Source: Eledone cirrhosa (lineage: Eukaryota). From it: a DNA stretch of 64,000 nt. Where the stretch lies: positions 29,202,001 to 29,266,000 of the forward strand of contig OZ024747.1 of the NCBI GenBank assembly GCA_964016885.1, given 5' to 3'. The position numbers and the translations under genes were made by a program. The notes under the pieces were generated by a model. The model worked only from the letters and a program-made list of their open reading frames with translations. It had not been told where the DNA came from and searched no databases. This document shows positions 35,101 through 50,100 of the stretch, one piece after another; within the stretch, counting starts at the first letter, position 1, and each line of letters opens with the position of its first letter.

Positions 35101-38100
35101 TCCAAATTAGTTTTACGTGTAGACGGCATTTGTTTGTGTCTGTGTGAGTTACACACCGCCTATCCTTCGTCCGTCATCCAAATTAGTTTTACGTGTAGAC
35201 GGCGTGTGTGTGTGTCTGTGTGTGTTACATGCCGCCGATCCGTCGTCCGTCTTCCAAGTTAGTTTTACGTGTAGACGGCGTGTGTGTATATCTGTGTGTG
35301 TTACACGCCGCCGATCCGTCGTCCGTCTTCCAAGTTAGTTTTACGTGTAGACGGCGTGTGTGTCTGTGTGAGTTACACGCCGCCGATCCGTCGTCCGTCT
35401 TCCAAGTTAGTTTTACATGTAGACGGCGTGTGTGTGTGTCTGTGTGTGTTACACGCCGCCGATCCGTCGCCCGTCTTCCAAGTTAGTTTTACGTGTAGAC
35501 GGCGTGTGTGTGTGTCTGTGTGTGTTACACGCCGCCGATCCGAAATATTCACTGTGCGTGTGACACTCTGTCGTCCGTCGTCCAAGTTAGTATTACGTGT
35601 GGTTGTGCGTGTGACACTCTGTCGTCCGTCTTCCAAGTTAGTTTTACTTCTGGTTGTGCGTGTGACGACACTCTGTCGTCCGTCTTCCAAGTTAGTTTTA
35701 CGTGTAGACGGCGTGTGTGTGTGTCTGTGTGTGTTACCCGCCGCCTATCCGTCGTTCGTCTTCCAAGTTAGTTTCACGTGTAGACGGCGTGTGTGTGTGT
35801 CTGTGTGTGTTACCCGCCGCCTATCCGTCGTTCGTCTTCCAAGTTAGTTTCACGTGTAGACGGCGTATGCGAGTGTCTGTGTGTGTTACACGCCGCCGAT
35901 CCGTCGTCCGTCTTCGAAGTTAGTATTACGTGCGGCTGTGCGTGTGACACTCTGTCGTCCGTCTTCCAAGTTAGTTTTACTTCTGGCTGTGCGTGTGACG
36001 ACACTCTGTCGTCCGTCTTCCAAGTTAGTTTTCCGTGTAGACGGCGTGTGTCTGTGTCTGTGTGAGTTACACGCCGCCGATCCGTCGCCCGTCTTCCACG
36101 TTAGATTTACGTGTAGACGGCGTGTGTGTGTATCTGTGTGTGTTACACGCCGCCGATCCGTCGTCCGTCTTCCAAGTTAGTTTTACGTGTAGACGGCGTG
36201 TGTGTGTGTCTGTGTGTGTTACACGCCGCCGATCCGTCGTCCGTCTTCCAAGTTAGTTTTACGTGTACACGGCGCGTGTGTGTGTCTGTGTGTGTTACGC
36301 GCCGCCGATCCGCCGTCCGTCTTCCAAATTAGTTTTACGTGTAGACGGCATTTGTTTGTGTCTGTGTGTGTTACACGCCGCCCATCCGTCGTCCGTCTTC
36401 CAAGTTAGTTTTCCGTGTAGACGGCGTGTGTCTGTGTCTGTGTGAGTTACAAGCCGCCGATCCGTCGTCCGTCTTCCACGTTAGGTTTACGTGTAGACGG
36501 CGTGTCTGTCTGTGTGTGTAACACGCCGCCGATCCGCCGTCCGTCTTCCAAGTTAGATTTACGTGTACACGGCACGTGTGTGTGTGTCTGTGTGTGTTAC
36601 GCGCCGCCGATCCGTCGTCCGTCTTCCAAATTAGTTTTACGTGTAGACGGCATTTGTTTGTGTCTGTGTGTGTTACACGCCGCCGATACGGCGTCCGTCT
36701 CCCAAGTTAGCTTTACGTGTAGACGGCGTGTGTGTGTGTCTGTGTGTGTTACACGCCGCCGATCCGTCGTCCGCCTTCCAAGTTAGTTTTACGTGTAGAC
36801 AGCGTGTGTGTCTGTGTGTGTTACACACCGCCGATCCTTCGTCCGTCATCCAAATTAGTTTTACGTGTAGACGGCTTGTGTGTGTGTCTGTGTGTGTTAC
36901 ATGCCGCCGATCCGTCGTCCGTCTTCCAAGTTAGTTTTACATGTAGTCGGCGTGTGTGTGTGTCTGTGTGTGTGTGTGTCTGTGTGTGTTACACGCCGCC
37001 GATCCGTCGCCCGTCTTCCAAGTTAGTTTTACGTGTAGACGGCGTGTGTGTGTGTCTGTGTGAGTTACACGCCGCCGATCCGAAATATTTACTGTGCGTG
37101 TGACACTCTGTCGTCCGTCTTCCAAGTTAGTATTACGTGCGGCTGTGCGTGTGACACTCTGTCGTCCGTCTTCCAAGTTAGTTTTACTTCTGGCTGTGCG
37201 TGTGACGACACTCTGTCGTCCGTCTTCCAAGTTAGTTTTACGTGTAGACGGCGTGTGTGTGTGTGTCTGTGTGTGTTACCCGCCGCCTATCCGTCGTCCG
37301 TCTTCCAAATTAGTTTTACGTGTACACGGCACGTGTGTGTGTCTGTGTGTGTTACACGCCGCCTATCCGTCGTTCGTCTTCCAAGTTAGTTTCACGTGTA
37401 GACGGCGTGTGTGTGTGTCTGTGTGTGTTACACGCCGCCGATCCGTCGTCCGTCTTCCAAGTTAGTGTTACGTGGAGACGGCGTGTGTGTGTCTGTGTGT
37501 GTTACACGCCGCCGATCCGTCGTCCGTCTTCCAAGTTAGTTTTACGTGTAGACGGTGTGTCTGTCTGTGTGTGTTACACACCGCCGATCCTTCGTCCGTC
37601 ATCCAAATTAGTTTTACGTGTAGACGGCGTGTGTGTGTCTGTGTGTGTTACATGCCGCCGATCCGTCGTCCGTCTTCCAAGTTAGTTTTACGTGTAGACG
37701 ACGTGTGTGTGTGTCTGTGTGTGTTACACGCCGCCGATCCGAAATATTTACTGTGCGTGTAACACTCTGTCGTCCGTCTTCAAAGTTAGTTTTACTTCTG
37801 GCTGTGCGTGTGACGACACCCTGTCCTCCGTCTTCTAAGTTAGTTTTACTTCTGGCTGTGCGTGTGACGACACTCTGTCGTCCGTCTTCCAAGTTAGTTT
37901 TACGTGTAGACGGCGTGTGTGTGTGTCTGTGTGTGTTACCCGCCGCCGATCCGTCGTCCGTCTTCCAAATTAGTTTCACGTGTAGACGGCGTGTGTGTGT
38001 ATCTGTGTGTGTTACACGCCGCCGATCCGTCGTCCGTCTTCCAAGTTAGTTTTACGTGTACACGGCGCGTGTGTGTGTGTCTGTGTGTGTTACGCGCCGC

Positions 38101-41100
38101 CGATCCGTCGTCCGTCTTCCAAATTAGTTTTACGTGTAGACGGCGTGTGTGTGTGTCTGTGTGTGCTACACGCCGCCGATCCGAAATATTTACTGTGCGT
38201 GTGACACTCTGTCGTCCGTCTTCCAAGTTAGTATTACGTGCGGTTGTGCGTGTGACACTCTGTCGTCCGTCTTCCAAGTTAGTTTTACTTCTGGCTGTGC
38301 GTGTGACGACACTCTGTCGTCCGTCTTCCAAGTTAGTTTTACGTGTAGACGGCGTGTGTGTGTGTCTGTGTGTGTTACACGCCGCCGATCCGTCGTCCGT
38401 CTTCCAAGTTAGATTTACGTGTACACGGCGCGTGTGTGTGTGTCTGTGTGTGTTAAGCGCCGCCGATCCGTCGTCCGTCTTCGAAATTAGTCTTACGTGT
38501 AGACGGCATTTGTTTGTGTCTGTGTGAGTTACACGCCGCCGATCCGTCGTCCGTCTTCCAAGTTAGTTTTACGTGTAGACGGCGTGTGTGTGTGTCTGTG
38601 TGTGTTACACGCCGCCGATCCGAAATATTTACTGTGCGTGTGACACTCTGTCGTCCGTCTTCCAAGTTAGTATTACGTGCGGCTGTGCGTGTGACACTCT
38701 GTCGTCCGTCTTCCAAGTTAGTTTTACTTCTGGCTGTGCGTGTGACGACACTCTGTCGTCCGTCTTCCAAGTTAGTTTTACGTGTAGACGGCGTGTGTGT
38801 GTGTCTGTGTGTGTTACCCGCCGCCGATCCGTCGTCCGTCTTCCAAATTAATTTCACGTGTAGACGGCGTGTCTGTGTATCTGTGTGTGTTACACGCCGC
38901 CGATCCGTCGTCCGTCTTCCAAGTTAGTTTTACGTGTACACGGCGCGTGTGTGTGTGTCTGTGTGTGTTACGCGCCGCCGATCCGTCGTCCGTCTTCCAA
39001 ATTAGTTTTACGTGTAGACGGCATTTGTTTGTGTCTGTGTGAGTTACACACCGCCGATCCTTCGTCCGTCATCCAAATTAGTTTTACGTGTAGACGGCGT
39101 GTGTGTGTGTCTGTGTGTGTTACATGCCGCCGATCCGTCGTCCGTCTTCCAAGTTAGTTTTACGTGTAGACGGCGTGTGTGTGTATCTGTGTGTGTTACA
39201 CGCCGCCGATCCGTCGTCCGTCTTCCAAGTTAGTTTTACGTGTAGACGGCGTGTGTGTCTGTGTGAGTTACACGCCGCCGATCCGTCGTCCGTCTTCCAA
39301 GTTAGTTTTACATGTAGACGGCGTGTGTGTGCGTCTGTGTGTGTGTGTGTCTGTGTGTGTTACACGCCGCCGATCCGTCGCCCGTCTTCCAAGTTAGTTT
39401 TACGTGTAGACGGCGTGTGTGTGTGTCTGTGTGTGTTACACGTCGCCGATCCGAAATATTTACTGTGCGTGTGTCACTCTGTCGTCCGACTTCCAAGTTA
39501 GTATTACGTGCGGCTGTGCGTGTGACACTCTGTCGTCCGTCTTCCAAGTAAGTTTTACTTCTGGCTGTGCGTGTGACGACACTCTGTCGTCCGTCTTCCA
39601 AGTTAGTTTTACGTGTAGACGGCGTGTGTGTGTGTCTGTGTGTGTTACCTGCCGCCTATCCGCCGTCCGTCTTCCGAATTAGTTTTACGTGTAGACGGCG
39701 TGTGTGTGTATCTGTGTGTGTTACACGCCGCCTATCCGTCGTTCGTCTTCCAAGTTAGTTTCACGTGTAGACGGCGTGTGTGTGTGTCTGTGTGTGTTAC
39801 ACGCCGCCGATCCGTCGTCCGTCTTCCAAGTTAGTGTTACGTGGAGACGGCGTGTGTGTGTCTGTGTGTGTTACACGCCGCCGATCCGTCGTCCGTCTTC
39901 CAAGTTAGTTTTACGTGTAGACGGCGTGTCTGTCTGTGTGTGTTACACACCGCCGATCCGTCGTCCGTCTTCCAAGTTAGTTTTACTTCTGGCTGTGCGT
40001 GTGACACTCCGTCGTCCATCTTCCAAGTTAGTTTTGCATGTCTCTGTGTGTTGCACGCCGCCGCCGATCCGTCGTCCGTCTTCCAAGTTAGTTTTACGTG
40101 CGGCTGTGCGTGTGACACTCTGTCGTCCGTCTTCCAAGTTAGTTTTGCGTGTCTCTGTGTGTTACACGGCGCCGCCGATCCGTCGCCCGTCTTCCAAGTT
40201 AGTTTTCCGTGCGGCTGTGCGTGACATTCTGTCGTCCGTCTTCCAAGTTAATTTTACGTGTAGACGGCGTGTGTGTGTCTCTGTGTGTGCTACACGCCGC
40301 CGATCCGCCGTCCGTCTTCCAAGTTAGTTTTACGTGTAAACGGCGTGTGTGTGTGTCTGTGTGTGTTACACGCCGCCGATCCGTCGTCCGTCTTCCAAGT
40401 TAGTTTTACCTGTAGACGGCGTGTGTGTGTGTCTGTGTGTGTTACACGCCGCCGATCCGTCGTCCGTCTTCCAAGTCAGTTTTACTCCTGGCTGTGCGTG
40501 TGACACTCTGTCGTCCGTCTTCCAAGTTAGTTTTACGTGCGGCTGTGCATGTCGTCCGTCTTCAAAGTTAGTTTTACTTCTGGTTGTGCGTGTGACGACA
40601 CTCTATCGTCCGTATTCCAAGTTAGCTTTACGTGTAGACGGCGATGTGTGTTTCTGTGTGCGTTACACGCCGCCGATCCGTCGTACGTCTTCCAAGTTAG
40701 TTTTACGTGTAGACGGCGTGTGTTTGTGTCTGTGTGTGTTACACGCCGCCGATCCGTCGTCGAAGTTAGTTTTATGTCTGGCCGGGCGTGTGACGAGACT
40801 CTGTCGTCCATCTTCCAAGTTACTTTTACGTGTAGACGGCGTGTGTGTGTGTGTCTGTGTGTGTGTTACACGCCGCCGAACCGTCATCCGTCTTCCAAGT
40901 TAGCTTTACGTGTAGACGGCGTGTGTGTCTGTCTGTGTGTGTTACACGCCGCCGATCCGTCGTCCGTCTTCAAAGTTAGTTTTACGTGTAGACGGCCTGT
41001 GTGTGTGTCTGTGTGTGTTACACGCCGCCGATCCGTCGTCCTTCTTCCAAGTTAGTTTTACTTCTGGCTGTGCGTGTGACGACACCCTGTCCTCCGTCTT

Positions 41101-44100
41101 CTAAGTTAGTTTTACTTCTGGCTGTGCGTGTGACGACACTCTGTCGTCCGTCTTCCAAGTTAGTTTTACGTGTAGACGGCGTGTGTGTGTGTATGTGTGT
41201 GTTACCCGCCGCCGATCCGTCGTCCGTCTTCCAAATTAGTTTCACGTGTAGACGGCGTGTGTGTGTATCTGTGTGTGTTACACGCCGCCGATCCGTCGTC
41301 CGTCTTCCAAGTTAGTGTTACGTGTACACGGCGCGTGTGTGTGTGTCTGTGTGTGTTACGCGCCGCCGATCCGTCGTCCGTCTTCCAAATTAGTTTTACG
41401 TGTAGACGGCATTTGTTTGTGTCTGTGTGAGTTACACACCGCCGATCCTTCGTCCGTCATCCAAATTAGTTTTACGTGTAGACGGCGCGTGTGTGTGTCT
41501 GTGTGTGTTACATGCCGCCGATCCGTCGTCCGTCTTCCAAGTTAGTTTTACGTGTAGACGGCGTGTGTGTGTATCTGTGTGTGTTACACGCCGCCGATCC
41601 GTCGTCCGTCTTCCAAGTTAGTTTTACGTGTAGACGGCGTGTGTGTCTGTGTGAGTTACACGCCGCCGATCCGTCGTCCGTCTTCCAAGTTAGTTTTACA
41701 TGTAGACGGCGTGTGTGTGTGTCTGTGTGTGTTACACGCCGCCGATCCGTCGCCCGTCTTCCAAGTTAGTTTTACGTGTAGACTGCGTGTGTGTGTGTCT
41801 GTGTGTGTTACACGCCGCCGATCCGAAATATTCTCTGTGCGTGTGACACTCTGTCGTCCGTCTTCCAAGTTAGTATTACGTGCGGTTGTGCGTGTGACAC
41901 TCTGTCGTCCGTCTTCCAAGTTAGTTTTACTTCTGGTTGTGCGTGTGACGACACTCTGTCGTCCGTCTTCCAAGTTAGTTTTACGTGTAGACGGCGTGTG
42001 TGTGTGTCTGTGTGTGTTACCCGCCGCCTATCCGTCGTTCGTCTTCCAAGTTAGTTTCACGTGTAGACGGCGTGTGTGTGTGTCTGTGTGTGTTACACGA
42101 CGCCGATCCGTCGTCCGTCTTCCAAGTTAGTGTTACGTGGAGACGGCGTGTGTGTGTGTCTGTGTGTGTTACACGCCGCTGATCCGTCGTCCGTCTTCCA
42201 AGTTAGTTTTACGTGTAGACGGCGTATGCGAGTGTCTGTGTGTGTTACACGCCGCCGATCCGTCGTCCGTCTTCGAAGTTAGTATTACGTGCGGCTGTGC
42301 GTGTGACACTCTGTCGTCCGTCTTCCAAGTTAGTTTTACTTCTGGCTGTGCGTGTGACGACACTCTGTCTTCCGTCTTCCAAGTTAGTTTTCCGTGTAGA
42401 CGGCGTGTGTCTGTGTCTGTGTGAGTTACACGCCGCCGATCCGTCGCCCGTCTTCCACGTTAGATTTACGTGTAGACGGCGTGTGTGTGTTTCTGTGTGT
42501 GTTACACGCCGCCGATCCGTCGTCCGTCTTCCAAGTTAGTTTTACGTGTAGACGGCGTATGCGAGTGTGTGTTACACGCCGCCGATCCGTCGTCCGTCTT
42601 CGAAGTGAGTATTACGTGCGGCTGTGCGTGTGACACTCTGTCGTCCGTCTTCCAAGTTAGTTTTACTTCTGGCTGTGCGTGTGACGACACTCTGTCATCC
42701 GTCTTCCAAGTTAGTTTTCCGTGTAGACGGCGTGTGTGTGTATCTGTGTGTGTTACACGCCGCCGATCCGTCGTCCGTCTTCCAAGTTAGTTTTACGTGT
42801 AGACGGCGTGTGTGTGTGTCTGTGTGTGTTACACGCCGCCGATCCGTCGTCCGTCTTCCAAGTTAGTTTTACGTGTACACGGCGCGTGTGTGTGTGTCTG
42901 TGTGTGTTACGCGCCGCCGATCCGCCGTCCGTCTTCCAAATTAGTTTTACGTGTAGACGGCATTTGTTTGTGTCTGTAAGAGTTACACGCCGCCCATCCG
43001 TCGTCCGACTTCCAAGTTAGTTTTCCGTGTAGACGGCGTGTGTCTGTGTCTGTGTGAGTTACAAGCCGCCGATCCGTCGTCCGTCTTCCACGTTAGGTTT
43101 ACGTGTAGAGGGCGTGTCTGTCTGTGTGTGTAACACGCCGCCGATCTGCCGTCCGTCTTCCAAGTCAGTTTTACGTGTAGACGGTGTGTGTGTGTGACTG
43201 TGTGTGTTACACGCCGCAGATCCGTCGTCCGTCTTCCAAGTTAGATTTACGTGTACACGGCACGTGTGTGTGTGTCTGTGTGTGTTACGCGCCGCCGATC
43301 CGTCGTCCGTCTTCCAAATTAGTTTTACGTGTAGACGGCATTTGTTTGTGTCTGTGTGTGTTACACGCCGCCGATACGGCGTCCGTCTCCCAAGTTAGCT
43401 TTACGTGTAGACGGCGTGTGTGTGTGTCTGTGTGTGTTACACGCCGCCGATCCGTCGTCCGCCTTCCAAGTTAGTTTTACGTGTAGACAGCGTGTGTGTC
43501 TGTGTGTGCTACACACCGCCGATCCTTCGTCCGTCATCCAAATTAGTTTTATGTGTAGACGGCTTGTGTGTGTGTCTGTGTGTGTTACATGCCGCCGATC
43601 CGTCGTCCGTCTTCCAAGTTAGTTTTACATGTAGTCGGCGTGTGTGTGTGTCTGTGTGTGTTACACGCCGCCGATCCGTCGCCCGTCTTCCAAGTTAGTT
43701 TTACGTGTAGACGGCGTGTGTGTGTGTCTGTGTGTGTTACACGCCGCCGATCCGAAATATTTACTGTGCGTGTGACACTCTGTCGTCCGTCTTCCAAGTT
43801 AGTATTACGTGCGGCTGTGCGTGTGACACTCTGTCGTCCGTCTTCCAAGTTAGTTTTACTTCTGGTTGTGCGTGTGACGACACTCTGTCGTCCGTCTTCC
43901 AAGTTAGTTTTACGTGTAGACGGCGTGTGTGTGTGTCTGTGTGTGTTACCCGCCGCCTATCCGTCGTCCGTCTTCCAAATTAGTTTTACGTGTACACGGC
44001 GCGTGTGTGTGTCTGTGTGTGTTACACGCCGCCTATCCGTCGTTCGTCTTCCAAGTTAGTTTCACGTGTAGACGGCGTGTGTGTGTGTCTGTGTGTGTTA

Positions 44101-47100
44101 CACGCCGCCGATCCGTCGTCCGTCTTCCAAGTTAGTGTTACGTGGAGACGGCGTGTGTGTGTCTGTGTGTGTTACACGCCGCCGATCCGTCGTCCGTCTT
44201 CCAAGTTAGTTTTACGTGTAGACGGCGTGTCTGTCTGTGTGTGTTACACACCGCCGATCCTTCGTCCGTCGTCCAAATTAGTTTTACGTGTAGACGGCGT
44301 GTGTGTGTCTGTGTGTGTTACATGCCGCCGATCCGTCGTCCGTCTTCCAAGTTAGTTTTACGTGTAGACGGCGTGTGTGTGTGTCTGTGTGTGTTACACG
44401 CCGCCGATCCGAAATATTTACTGTGCGTGTGACACTCTGTTGTCCGTCTTCCAAGTTAGTTTTACTTCTGGCTATGCGTGTGACGACACTCTGTCATCCG
44501 TCTTCCAAGTTAGTTTTACGTGTAGACGGCGTGTGTGTGTTTCTGTGTGTGTTACTCGCCGCCGATCCGTCGTCCGTCTTCCAAGTTAGTTTTACGTGTA
44601 CACGGCGCGTGTGTGTGTGTCTGTGTGTGTTACGCGCCGCCGATCCGTCGTCCGTCTTCCAAATTAGTTTTACGTGTAGACGGCATTTGTTTGTGTCTGT
44701 GTGAGTTACACGCCGCCGATCCGTCGTCCGTCTTCCAAGTTAGTTTTCCGTGTAGACGGCGTGTGTCTGTGTCTGTGTGAGTTACACGCCGCCGATCCGT
44801 CGCCTGTCTTCCACGTTAGGTTTACGTGTAGACGGCGTGTCTGTCTGTGTGTGTAACACGCCGCCGATCCGCCGTCCGTCTTCCAAGTTAGTTTTACGTG
44901 TAGAAGGCGTGTGTGTGTGTCTGTGTGTGTTACACGCCGCCGATCCGTCGTCCGTCTTCCAAGTTAGTTTTACGTGAACACGGCGCGTGTGTGTGTGTCT
45001 GTGTGTGTTACGCGCTGCCGATCCGTCGTCCGTCTTCCAAATTAGTTTTACGTGTAGACGGCATTTGTTTGTGTCTGTGTGAGTTACACGCCGCCGACAC
45101 GGCGTCCGTTTTCCAAGTTAGCTTTACGTGTAGACGGCGTGTGTGTGTGTCTGTGTGTGTTACACGCCGCCGATCCGTCGTCCGTCTTCCAAGTTAGTTT
45201 TAAGTGTAGACGGCGTCTGTGTCTGTGTGTGTTACACACCGCCGATCCTTCGTCCGTCATCCAAATGAGTTTTACGTGTAGACGGCGTGTGTGTGTGTCT
45301 GTGTGCGTTACAGGCCGCCGATCCGAAATATTTACTGTGCGTGTGACACTCTGTCGTCCGTCTTCCAAGTTAGTATTACGTGCGGCTGTGCGTGTGACAC
45401 TCTGTCGTCCGTCTTCCAAGTTAGTTTTACTTCTGGCTGTGCGTGTGACGACACTCTGTCATCCGTCTTCCAAGTTAGTTTTACGTGTAGACGGCGTGTG
45501 TGTCTGTGTGTGTTACACACCGCCGATCCTTCGTCCGTCATCCAAATTAATTTTACGTGTAGACGGCGTGTGTGTGTGTCTGTGTGTGTTACAAGCCGCC
45601 GATCCGTCGTCCGTCTTCCAAGTTAGTTTTACGTGTAGACGGCGTGTGTGTGTGTCTGTGTGTGCGACAGGCCGCCGATCCGAAATATTTACTGTGCGTG
45701 CGACACTCTGTCGTCCGTCTTCCAAGTTAGTATTACGTGCGGCTGTGCGTGTGACACTCTGTCGTCCGTCTTCCAAGTTAGTTTTACTTCTTGCTGTGCG
45801 TGTGACGACACTCTGTCGTCCGTCTTCCAAGTTAGTTTTACATGTAGACGGCGTGTGTGTGTGTCTGTGTGTGTTACCCGCCGCCGATCCGTCGTCCGTC
45901 TTCCAAGTTAGTTTTACGTGTACACGGCGCGTGTGTGTGTGTCTGTGTGTGTTACGCGCCGCCGATCCGTCGTCCGTCTTCCAAATTAGTTTTACGTGTA
46001 GACGGCATTTGTTTGTGTCTGTGTGAGCTACACACCGCCGATCCTTCGTCCGTCATCCAAATTAGTTTTACGTGTAGACGGCGTGTGTGTGTATCTGTGT
46101 GTGTTACATGCCGCCGATCCGTCGTCCGTCTTCCAAGTTAGTTTTACGTGTAGATGGCGTGTCTGTGTATCTGTGTGTGTTACACGCCGCCGATCCGTCG
46201 TCCGTCTTCCAAGTTAGTTTTACGTGTAGACGGCGTGTGTGTCTGTGTGAGTTACACGTCGTCGATCCGTCGTCCGTCTTCCAAGTTAGTTTTACATGTA
46301 GACGGCGTGTGTGTGTGTCTGTGTGTGTTACACGCCGCCGATCCGTCGCCCGTCTTCCAACTTAGTTTTACGTGTAGACGACGTGTGTGTGTGTCAGTGT
46401 GTGTTACCCGCCGCCTATCCGTCGTTCGTCTTCCAAGTTAGTTTCAATTGTAGACGGCGTGTGTGTGTGTCTGTGTGTGTTACACGCCGCCGATCCGTCG
46501 TCCGTCTTCCAAGTTAGTATTACGTGGAGACGGCGTGTGTGTCTGTGTGAGTTACACGCCGCCGATCCGTCGTCCGTCTTCCAAGTTAGTTTTACATGTA
46601 GACGGCGTGTGTGTGTGTCTGTGTGTGTTACAAGCCGCCGATCCGTCGCCCGTCTTCCAAGTTAGTTTTACGTGTAGACGGCGTGTGTGTGTGTCAGTGT
46701 GTGTTACACGCCGCCGATCCGAAATATTTACTGTGCGTGTGACACTCAGTCGTCCGTCTTCCAATTTAGTATTACGTGCGGCTGTGCGTGTGACACTCCG
46801 TCGTCCGTCTTCCAAGTTAGTTTTACTTCTGGCTGTGCTTGTGACGACACTCTGTCGTCCGTCTTCCAAGTTAGTTTTACGTGTAGACGGCGTGTGTGTG
46901 TATCTGTGTGTGTTACCCGCCGCCTATCCGTCGTCCGTTTTCCAAATTAGTTTTACGTGTAGACGGCGTGTGTGTGTATCTGTGTGTGTTACATGCCGCC
47001 TATCCGTCGTTCGTCTTCCAAGTTAGTTTCACGTGTAGACGGCATGTGTGTGTGTCTGTGTGTGTTACACGCCGCCGATCCGTCGTCCGTCTTCCAAGTT

Positions 47101-50100
47101 AGTGTTACGTGGAGACGGCGTGTGTGTGTGTCTGTGTGTGTTACACGCCGCCGATCCGTCGTCCCTCTTCCAAGTTAGTTTTACGTGTAGACGGCGTGTC
47201 TGTCTGTGTGTGTTACACACCGCCGATCCTTCGTCCGTCGTCCAAATTAGTTTTACGTGTAGACGGCGTGTGTGTGTCTGTGTGTGTTACATGCCGCCGA
47301 TCCGTCGTCCGTCTTCCAAGTTAGTTTTACGTGTAGACGGCGTGTGTGTGTGTCTGTGTGTGTTACACGCCGCCGATCCGAAATATTTACTGTGCGTGTG
47401 ACACTCTGTTGTCCGTCTTCCAAGTTAGTTTTACTTCTGGCTATGCGTGTGACGACACTCTGTCATCCGTCTTCCAAGTTAGTTTTACGTGTAGACGGCG
47501 TGTGTGTGTTTCTGTGTGTGTTACTCGCCGCCGATCCGTCGTCCGTCTTCCAAGTTAGTTTTACGTGTACACGGCGCGTGTGTGTGTGTCTGTGTGTGTT
47601 ACGCGCCGCCGATCCGTCGTCCGTCTTCCAAATTAGTTTTACGTGTAGACGGCATTTGTTTGTGTCTGTGTGAGTTACACGCCGCCGATCCGTCGTCCGT
47701 CTTCCAAGTTAGTTTTCCGTGTAGACGGCGTGTGTCTGTGTCTGTGTGAGTTACACGCCGCCGATCCGTCGCCTGTCTTCCACGTTAGGTTTACGTGTAG
47801 ACGGCGTGTCTGTCTGTGTGTGTAACACGCCGCCGATCCGCCGTCCGTCTTCCAAGTTAGTTTTACGTGTAGAAGGCGTGTGTGTGTGTCTGTGTGTGTT
47901 ACACGCCGCCGATCCGTCGTCCGTCTTCCAAGTTAGTTTTACGTGAACACGGCGCGTGTGTGTGTGTCTGTGTGTGTTACGCGCTGCCGATCCGTCGTCC
48001 GTCTTCCAAATTAGTTTTACGTGTAGACGGCATTTGTTTGTGTCTGTGTGAGTTACACGCCGCCGATACGGCGTCCGTTTTCCAAGTTAGCTTTACGTGT
48101 AGACGGCGTGTGTGTGTGTCTGTGTGTGTTACACGCCGCCGATCCGTCGTCCGTCTTCCAAGTTAGTTTTAAGTGTAGACGGCGTCTGTGTCTGTGTGTG
48201 TTACACACCGCCGATCCTTCGTCCGTCATCCAAATGAGTTTTACGTGTAGACGGCGTGTGTGTGTGTCTGTGTGCGTTACAGGCCGCCGATCCGAAATAT
48301 TTACTGTGCGTGTGACACTCTGTCGTCCGTCTTCCAAGTTAGTATTACGTGCGGCTGTGCGTGTGACACTCTGTCGTCCGTCTTCCAAGTTAGTTTTACT
48401 TCTGGCTGTGCGTGTGACGACACTCTGTCATCCGTCTTCCAAGTTAGTTTTACGTGTAGACGGCGTGTGTGTCTGTGTGTGTTACACACCGCCGATCCTT
48501 CGTCCGTCATCCAAATTAATTTTACGTGTAGACGGCGTGTGTGTGTGTCTGTGTGTGTTACAAGCCGCCGATCCGTCGTCCGTCTTCCAAGTTAGTTTTA
48601 CGTGTAGACGGCGTGTGTGTGTGTCTGTGTGTGCGACAGGCCGCCGATCCGAAATATTTACTGTGCGTGCGACACTCTGTCGTCCGTCTTCCAAGTTAGT
48701 ATTACGTGCGGCTGTGCGTGTGACACTCTGTCGTCCGTCTTCCAAGTTAGTTTTACTTCTTGCTGTGCGTGTGACGACACTCTGTCGTCCGTCTTCCAAG
48801 TTAGTTTTACATGTAGACGGCGTGTGTGTGTGTCTGTGTGTGTTACCCGCCGCCGATCCGTCGTCCGTCTTCCAAGTTAGTTTTACGTGTACACGGCGCG
48901 TGTGTGTGTGTCTGTGTGTGTTACGCGCCGCCGATCCGTCGTCCGTCTTCCAAATTAGTTTTACGTGTAGACGGCATTTGTTTGTGTCTGTGTGAGCTAC
49001 ACACCGCCGATCCTTCGTCCGTCATCCAAATTAGCTTTACGTGTAGACGGCGTGTGTGTGTATCTGTGTGTGTTACATGCCGCCGATCCGTCGTCCGTCT
49101 TCCAAGTTAGTTTTACGTGTAGATGGCGTGTCTGTGTATCTGTGTGTGTTACACGCCGCCGATCCGTCGTCCGTCTTCCAAGTTAGTTTTACGTGTAGAC
49201 GGCGTGTGTGTCTGTGTGAGTTACACGTCGTCGATCCGTCGTCCGTCTTCCAAGTTAGTTTTACATGTAGACGGCGTGTGTGTGTGTCTGTGTGTGTTAC
49301 ACGCCGCCGATCCGTCGCCCGTCTTCCAACTTAGTTTTACGTGTAGACGACGTGTGTGTGTGTCAGTGTGTGTTACCCGCCGCCTATCCGTCGTTCGTCT
49401 TCCAAGTTAGTTTCAATTGTAGACGGCGTGTGTGTGTGTCTGTGTGTGTTACACGCCGCCGATCCGTCGTCCGTCTTCCAAGTTAGTATTACGTGGAGAC
49501 GGCGTGTGTGTCTGTGTGAGTTACACGCCGCCGATCCGTCGTCCGTCTTCCAAGTTAGTTTTACATGTAGACGGCGTGTGTGTGTGTCTGTGTGTGTTAC
49601 AAGCCGCCGATCCGTCGCCCGTCTTCCAAGTTAGTTTTACGTGTAGACGGCGTGTGTGTGTGTCAGTGTGTGTTACACGCCGCCGATCCGAAATATTTAC
49701 TGTGCGTGTGACACTCAGTCGTCCGTCTTCCAATTTAGTATTACGTGCGGCTGTGCGTGTGACACTCCGTCGTCCGTCTTCCAAGTTAGTTTTACTTCTG
49801 GCTGTGCTTGTGACGACACTCTGTCGTCCGTCTTCCAAGTTAGTTTTACGTGTAGACGGCGTGTGTGTGTATCTGTGTGTGTTACCCGCCGCCTATCCGT
49901 CGTCCGTTTTCCAAATTAGTTTTACGTGTAGACGGCGTGTGTGTGTATCTGTGTGTGTTACATGCCGCCTATCCGTCGTTCGTCTTCCAAGTTAGTTTCA
50001 CGTGTAGACGGCGTGTGTGTGTGTCTGTGTGTGTTACACGCCGCCGATCCGTCGTCCGTCTTCCAAGTTAGTGTTACGTGGAGACGGCGTGTGTGTGTGT